NCBI GenBank assembly: GCA_048938025.1
Contig: JBHLMP010000001.1
Location: 64,001 to 128,000 of the forward strand
Origin: Promethearchaeota archaeon
GTDB lineage: Archaea; Asgardarchaeota; Lokiarchaeia; Sigyniarchaeales; SOKP01
Length of the DNA: 64,000 nt
Direction of reading: 5' to 3'
How positions within the stretch are numbered: position 1 is the first letter of the stretch; each line of letters begins with the position of its first letter. Made by a program: the position numbers and the translations under genes. Shown here piece after piece: positions 59,657-64,000 of this stretch. The notes beneath the pieces are model-generated. The model searched no databases, was not told the DNA's origin, and worked only from the letters and a program-made list of their open reading frames with translations.

Positions 59657-60610
59657 ATGACTATAACTTATGAAGAATTTCTAGTTTTTGATTTAGAAAA
59701 TGATGGGGAAAAAACGAAGTTAGATATAGAACAAGAAGATCTCCAGAACTATTTGAATCCTGAGCAGGTTCTAGTTATCATCCGAGAAGATTTAAGAAGA
59801 ATTTATATTTGGAAGGGAGCAAAATCCGCAGTAAGAAAGAGGTTTATTAGTTCAAGAGTTGCACATGATTTACAAAAAGAATTGTTAGATGATCCTAGAT
59901 ATCATCGCTGTAAAATAGTATCTATAGATCAAGGTGATGAACTTCAAGAATTTTTAGACGCTTTTCAACTAGAATCAATGGAAGTTACTGAAAGATTACC
60001 TGATATGCGATACATACGAAATATCGAACGAGAAACAATGAAAGAAGCAGGACAAATTGTTAAAGGAAAAACTGAAGACGCTTACTATTCACCAGCGTTT
60101 CAAGATATAAGTAGCGATGTTGTTATGTCCTCTATTGTTCAAAAACCGAAATTGACTATCGGATTATCTAAAGAAGAGCAAAATCAAATTAAGAAAAAAA
60201 TACTTAAAACTGAAGTTCCCCCTGATTTTAAGAGACAAAATCTCATTCTTGGCCATACTTTATTTGCTGCTGTAACGAAGATTTCAAAAGTCTTCGATGA
60301 ACATGTTGAGGAAATTGTATGGGAGCCAGTCAAGAAAATTCCAAAAGAAATAATGAATTTAGAAAATCATAAATTAAGAGTATATTTAGATAAAAACAAA
60401 GGTATTGTTGAAGCTGTAGAAGTATTGAAAAAAGAAGAAAAACCTAAACAAAATATTACACCTGAAAAGAAAACTTCGAAGCCATCACCCATTAAGAGTT
60501 CAACTTCTAAGAAGGCTTCATTGACTCCAATGCCACCAAAACCTGCCTCGATGAAACAAAATTCAAAAGAAACTGAACCTCAAGAGAAACAAGATAAACA
60601 GGAAATATAA
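59657..60610 (+). CDS. gelsolin-domain protein (single gelsolin domain + unknown domain)
   Basis: L.PEQVLVI....IYIWKG..S and I..IDQGDE..EF are gelsolin signatures. Confidence 0.75.
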   Translation: MTITYEEFLVFDLENDGEKTKLDIEQEDLQNYLNPEQVLVIIREDLRRIYIWKGAKSAVRKRFISSRVAHDLQKELLDDPRYHRCKIVSIDQGDELQEFLDAFQLESMEVTERLPDMRYIRNIERETMKEAGQIVKGKTEDAYYSPAFQDISSDVVMSSIVQKPKLTIGLSKEEQNQIKKKILKTEVPPDFKRQNLILGHTLFAAVTKISKVFDEHVEEIVWEPVKKIPKEIMNLENHKLRVYLDKNKGIVEAVEVLKKEEKPKQNITPEKKTSKPSPIKSSTSKKASLTPMPPKPASMKQNSKETEPQEKQDKQEI

Positions 60611-60743
60611 TTTAGGTGCAAGTCAAAAATTGCCAAAAATCCCTAGCAATAAGGAATAAGTAAAAATTAAAAATTCTCCATTAAATGTAAATTTCAAATA
60701 AATACAAATTAGAACTCATTAATCTTATTATATCATCAGGTTC

Positions 60744-61286
60744 TCATTCTTCCCTATCTTCAGGTATTTCCTTATTCTGATCTTCAGGTTTGTTTTTCTT
60801 TTTAATCTTCTTTAACCCTTCAATAGCTTCTTTCCTTACAAGAGGGCTTACATCTTTAAGAGCTTTTGTTAAAGCATCCAAACTATATGGATGGTGTAAA
60901 TCTCCTAGCTCGTCAGCAGCTTCCATTCGTACATTCTCATTAGGATCATGTAATAATACATATGTTAATACTCCCAATACTTTTGTCTCTCCAAAATCGC
61001 CCAAAGTATCAACAGCTTCTCTCCTTACCTCCGCATCAGGATCTGTTATTGCTGTTATTGCTAGCTGTTTCGAAATTTCATCAGAATTCCCAATTGGCTC
61101 TATAGCGCTTAGATCGACACCACAATATTTGCAAAAATTATGATGAATTTTAATATCATTTCCACAAGCAGGGCATATCCTTCGTGTGTTAAAATCTATG
61201 AATGATCTTGTTGGCGGGGCTATTTCTTTTTTTACTTTATAAGGATTTACATTTGGATCTGGTCTAATATATTTATCTTTTCCCAT
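60744..61286 (-). CDS. zinc-ribbon + HEAT/PBS-lyase repeat protein
   Basis: CPACG...FCKYCG and three D...VR.EA...LG repeats. Confidence 0.85.
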   Translation of the reverse strand: MGKDKYIRPDPNVNPYKVKKEIAPPTRSFIDFNTRRICPACGNDIKIHHNFCKYCGVDLSAIEPIGNSDEISKQLAITAITDPDAEVRREAVDTLGDFGETKVLGVLTYVLLHDPNENVRMEAADELGDLHHPYSLDALTKALKDVSPLVRKEAIEGLKKIKKKNKPEDQNKEIPEDREE

Positions 61287-61392
61287 AATAATCTTATATT
61301 AAATTTGATTCTAATAGGATGAATAATGTAATTTAACCTTTTATTTTTAATTTAATTTAAAATAAAATAATAAAAAAAAGTGGTATAAATTC

Positions 61393-62454
61393 CTATGCTA
61401 TAGTAATATCCTTACTTAAGTAGACATCTTGTACAGCATTAAGAATTTTAATACCTTCTGATTTTGCTTTTTTAAAGGCTTTTCTACCAAGTATCAGACC
61501 CATTCCACCAGATCGTTTATTTATTACTGCGGCTTTAACAGCATCTTGAAGATCATTACCGCCAGATTCTCCACCAGAATTAATTAAACCGACTCGTCCC
61601 ATATAGCAGTTGGTAACTTGGTATCTATTCCATTCAATAGGATGATCTGTGGCTAATTTTTCATACACCAACTTATCAGTCTTACCAAAATTTAAGTCTA
61701 AAAAACCCCTATTTAGAGTGGAAATCTTTTGTTTTATTATATCGGCCTCAATAGTTACACCTAAATGATTTGCCTGGGACTCTAAATCATTTGCAGTGTG
61801 ATAATCCTTTCCATCTTTAATAAATTCTTCTGTATTTCTGAGATAACACCATAGGACACAAACTAAGCCTAATTCATGAGCTATTCTAAAAGATTCGCTA
61901 ATTTCTTGAATTTGACGCCTAGACTCCTTTGAACCAAAATAAATAGTTGCACCTACTGCAGCAGCGCCCATTGACCACGCTTGATCTACATTTGCGAAGA
62001 GTGTTTGATCAGAAAGGGCTGGTTTGGTAAGTAATTCATTATGGTTTATTTTTACTATAAATGGAATTTTTCTCGCATAATTACGTGAAACTGATCCTAA
62101 AACTCCTAATGTGGAAGCTACAGCATTACATCCTCCATCTATAGCCAACTTAATAATATTTTCAGGATCAAAATAGGATGGATTCGCAGCAAAACTGGCA
62201 GAACCACTATGCTCAATACCTTGGTCAACAGGTAATACTGAAAGATATCCTGTTCCAGCTAAACGACCACACTGATTAAACAATCTACTCATATTATTTA
62301 AAACCAAATTATTACGGTCTGAATGCTCCATAACTCTTTCAATAAAATCTGGTCCTGGAACATAAATCATATCCTTCGGAATTCCTGTACATATATGATT
62401 CAGAAGACTTTCAGCTTCAGATCCAAGAAGAATTTTAATCTCATTAAAATCCAT
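61393..62454 (-). CDS. fbaB: class I fructose-bisphosphate aldolase (FbaB/DhnA, bacterial-like long form)
   Basis: [40 protein letters not shown] and GRKAF motifs. Confidence 0.92.
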   Translation of the reverse strand: MDFNEIKILLGSEAESLLNHICTGIPKDMIYVPGPDFIERVMEHSDRNNLVLNNMSRLFNQCGRLAGTGYLSVLPVDQGIEHSGSASFAANPSYFDPENIIKLAIDGGCNAVASTLGVLGSVSRNYARKIPFIVKINHNELLTKPALSDQTLFANVDQAWSMGAAAVGATIYFGSKESRRQIQEISESFRIAHELGLVCVLWCYLRNTEEFIKDGKDYHTANDLESQANHLGVTIEADIIKQKISTLNRGFLDLNFGKTDKLVYEKLATDHPIEWNRYQVTNCYMGRVGLINSGGESGGNDLQDAVKAAVINKRSGGMGLILGRKAFKKAKSEGIKILNAVQDVYLSKDITIA

Positions 62455-62774
62455 TTTTTTATATCATCTTTTTTAAATTTTAAAATTAAAGAAGAAATAA
62501 GAGTCCTAAAATAATATATTTTTCTATACAAATCATTTTTTTTTAAAAAAAAAAGAGTCGAGCGTAAGCTTATGTAAAATTTATTCTAATTTGCCATTTG
62601 AATTAAAGAATGTTTTTATAGTTCTGGTAGTAGATTATAATAACTGATGTTAACTATTAAAAGAAAATTTCTTTTTATTAAGGATTTTAATTGAATTGCA
62701 TTGACTTTTTTTAGTTTTTCGTTTTTGTGAATTTTATGGATAAAGTTTAAGTTGCATAAGAATTTTTTATAATT

Positions 62775-63104
62775 ATGCCAGATGAATTCGACTTTAAACA
62801 CTACAAATCTATAGAAGATTATAGTAAAACATTGGAAGGTACAAAATATCTTCACAGTTTATATTTGAGAGCGGTAAATCATCCTGTGCGCAAACAAATA
62901 TTAACAATCATTAACGAGGCTAAAAAAATTTCTAAAGAGAAATTATTAAAAATTCTTATAGAAAACGGTGTAATAAATGATGAATTTTCGCTTAATTATA
63001 ATATAGATTATTTAATTAAAGCATTTTGCATTGAAAAGATCGAAGAAAAAAGTAAAATCTATTTTCAAATCACTCAAAGTGGAAAAGTGGTTGATTACCT
63101 ATAA
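62775..63104 (+). CDS. winged-helix (ArsR-like) protein
   Basis: AVNHPVRKQIL and YFQITQSG patterns. Confidence 0.65.
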   Translation: MPDEFDFKHYKSIEDYSKTLEGTKYLHSLYLRAVNHPVRKQILTIINEAKKISKEKLLKILIENGVINDEFSLNYNIDYLIKAFCIEKIEEKSKIYFQITQSGKVVDYL

Positions 63105-63122
63105 AAAAACTAGTTGTGTCTG

Positions 63123-63575
63123 TTAATCACTCATTAATTTTTTATAGCAATTACAACAAGGAATTCCAAAACTGAGATTAATTTTATTTAATTTCTTACT
63201 TCTTAAATTCATGAATTTAATTAACTTTTCTTTTAAAACTTTTTTATCTTCGTCAAAATATAGCTTCTTTAAATTACGGTAATGATTGTATTGGTAACAA
63301 ATAGGGCAAATTTGATAAAAATTAATAAATTTAGAAAAATTTTCTTTTTCTTCTTTTGAAAGTGCTTTTAGCTTTAAATCAGGATTATTATCTATAAGAT
63401 TTCTTAAATTATTTAACTCATTTAACATTTCATCTCTTAATAATGTTGTATTGATTCTCCGATTTTCCAAATTATTTAAATCGCTTATTAAAATTTCTTG
63501 AGTATCTGATTTATCAAAATATTCTATAGCTTTATAAAACAGTGGTAAACGTTTATTTTTCTGCTTTTCACTCAT
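63123..63575 (-). CDS. hypothetical protein with CxxC/CCxC pairs
   Basis: CPIC and GIPCCNCY motifs. Confidence 0.6.
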   Translation of the reverse strand: MSEKQKNKRLPLFYKAIEYFDKSDTQEILISDLNNLENRRINTTLLRDEMLNELNNLRNLIDNNPDLKLKALSKEEKENFSKFINFYQICPICYQYNHYRNLKKLYFDEDKKVLKEKLIKFMNLRSKKLNKINLSFGIPCCNCYKKLMSD

Positions 63576-63649
63576 ATAAAAAAATCATTTTTTTTATTTA
63601 TATTTCCTTTTTTCATAAAATATCTAGTTTGGCAATCTAAAAAATCTTT

Positions 63650-64000
63650 TTAAAGAAATTTCAGATTTTTCTCATTTCGATTAAAAATATCATTCTTTTG
63701 CTCCCCTGTTAATCTTCTGAAATTAATTACTTTAGAAGGAGCAAAATATTCAAAATTAAAATCAATATCATCACCAGCAAATTTACCAGGAATTGGCATC
63801 AGACGCGCTGTTAAAGGTTTGTTCAACCTTACAGAAATGGTACATAAATCCAGTAATATATAAAATAATTCTTTCTCTGAGATATCTCCAGGTAGCGGAA
63901 CAACATCTAAACCTGTACCACAAATAGTAGAGTATAACAAGAGAGAATCTATATTAAATTTATTTTCTGTCAATCTTTTAGATATTATATAATCTTCTAA
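63650..64000 (-). CDS. DUF711 (PFL-like) family protein; 5'-partial
   Basis: YSTICGTGLDVVPLPGD and KPLTARLMP motifs; frame stays open to the window end. Confidence 0.85.
   Translation of the reverse strand, partial: LEDYIISKRLTENKFNIDSLLLYSTICGTGLDVVPLPGDISEKELFYILLDLCTISVRLNKPLTARLMPIPGKFAGDDIDFNFEYFAPSKVINFRRLTGEQKNDIFNRNEKNLKFL

Overview
AT-rich, gene-dense archaeal chromosomal window, most consistent with Asgard archaea (Lokiarchaeia). Supporting signs are aCPSF1, Orc1/Cdc6, XerA, an EF-2 paralog lacking the diphthamide His, a gelsolin-domain protein, a Loki-CTERM-like surface protein and GGTG(A) ribosome-binding motifs. It holds about 55 CDS and two tRNAs: Gly-CCC with a non-canonical D-loop intron, and Gln-CTG with C33. 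Signals absent from the ORF track: (1) a double K-turn box C/D sRNA whose guide points at C34 of tRNA-Leu(CAA); (2) a ~175-nt nested-stem element upstream of tRNA-Gln; (3) several genes that apparently start at ATT/ATA; (4) a decayed copy of a trxB-like gene 3' end bounding a trxB+BspA block next to xerA. Protein-level highlights are a tandem vWA+RING-like pair resembling TFIIH p44/p34, ino1 flanked by two ITPK1-like ATP-grasp genes, and a DDRGK1/UFL1-like winged-helix array protein. All family calls come from motif recognition by eye and recalled reference sequences; no searches were run.
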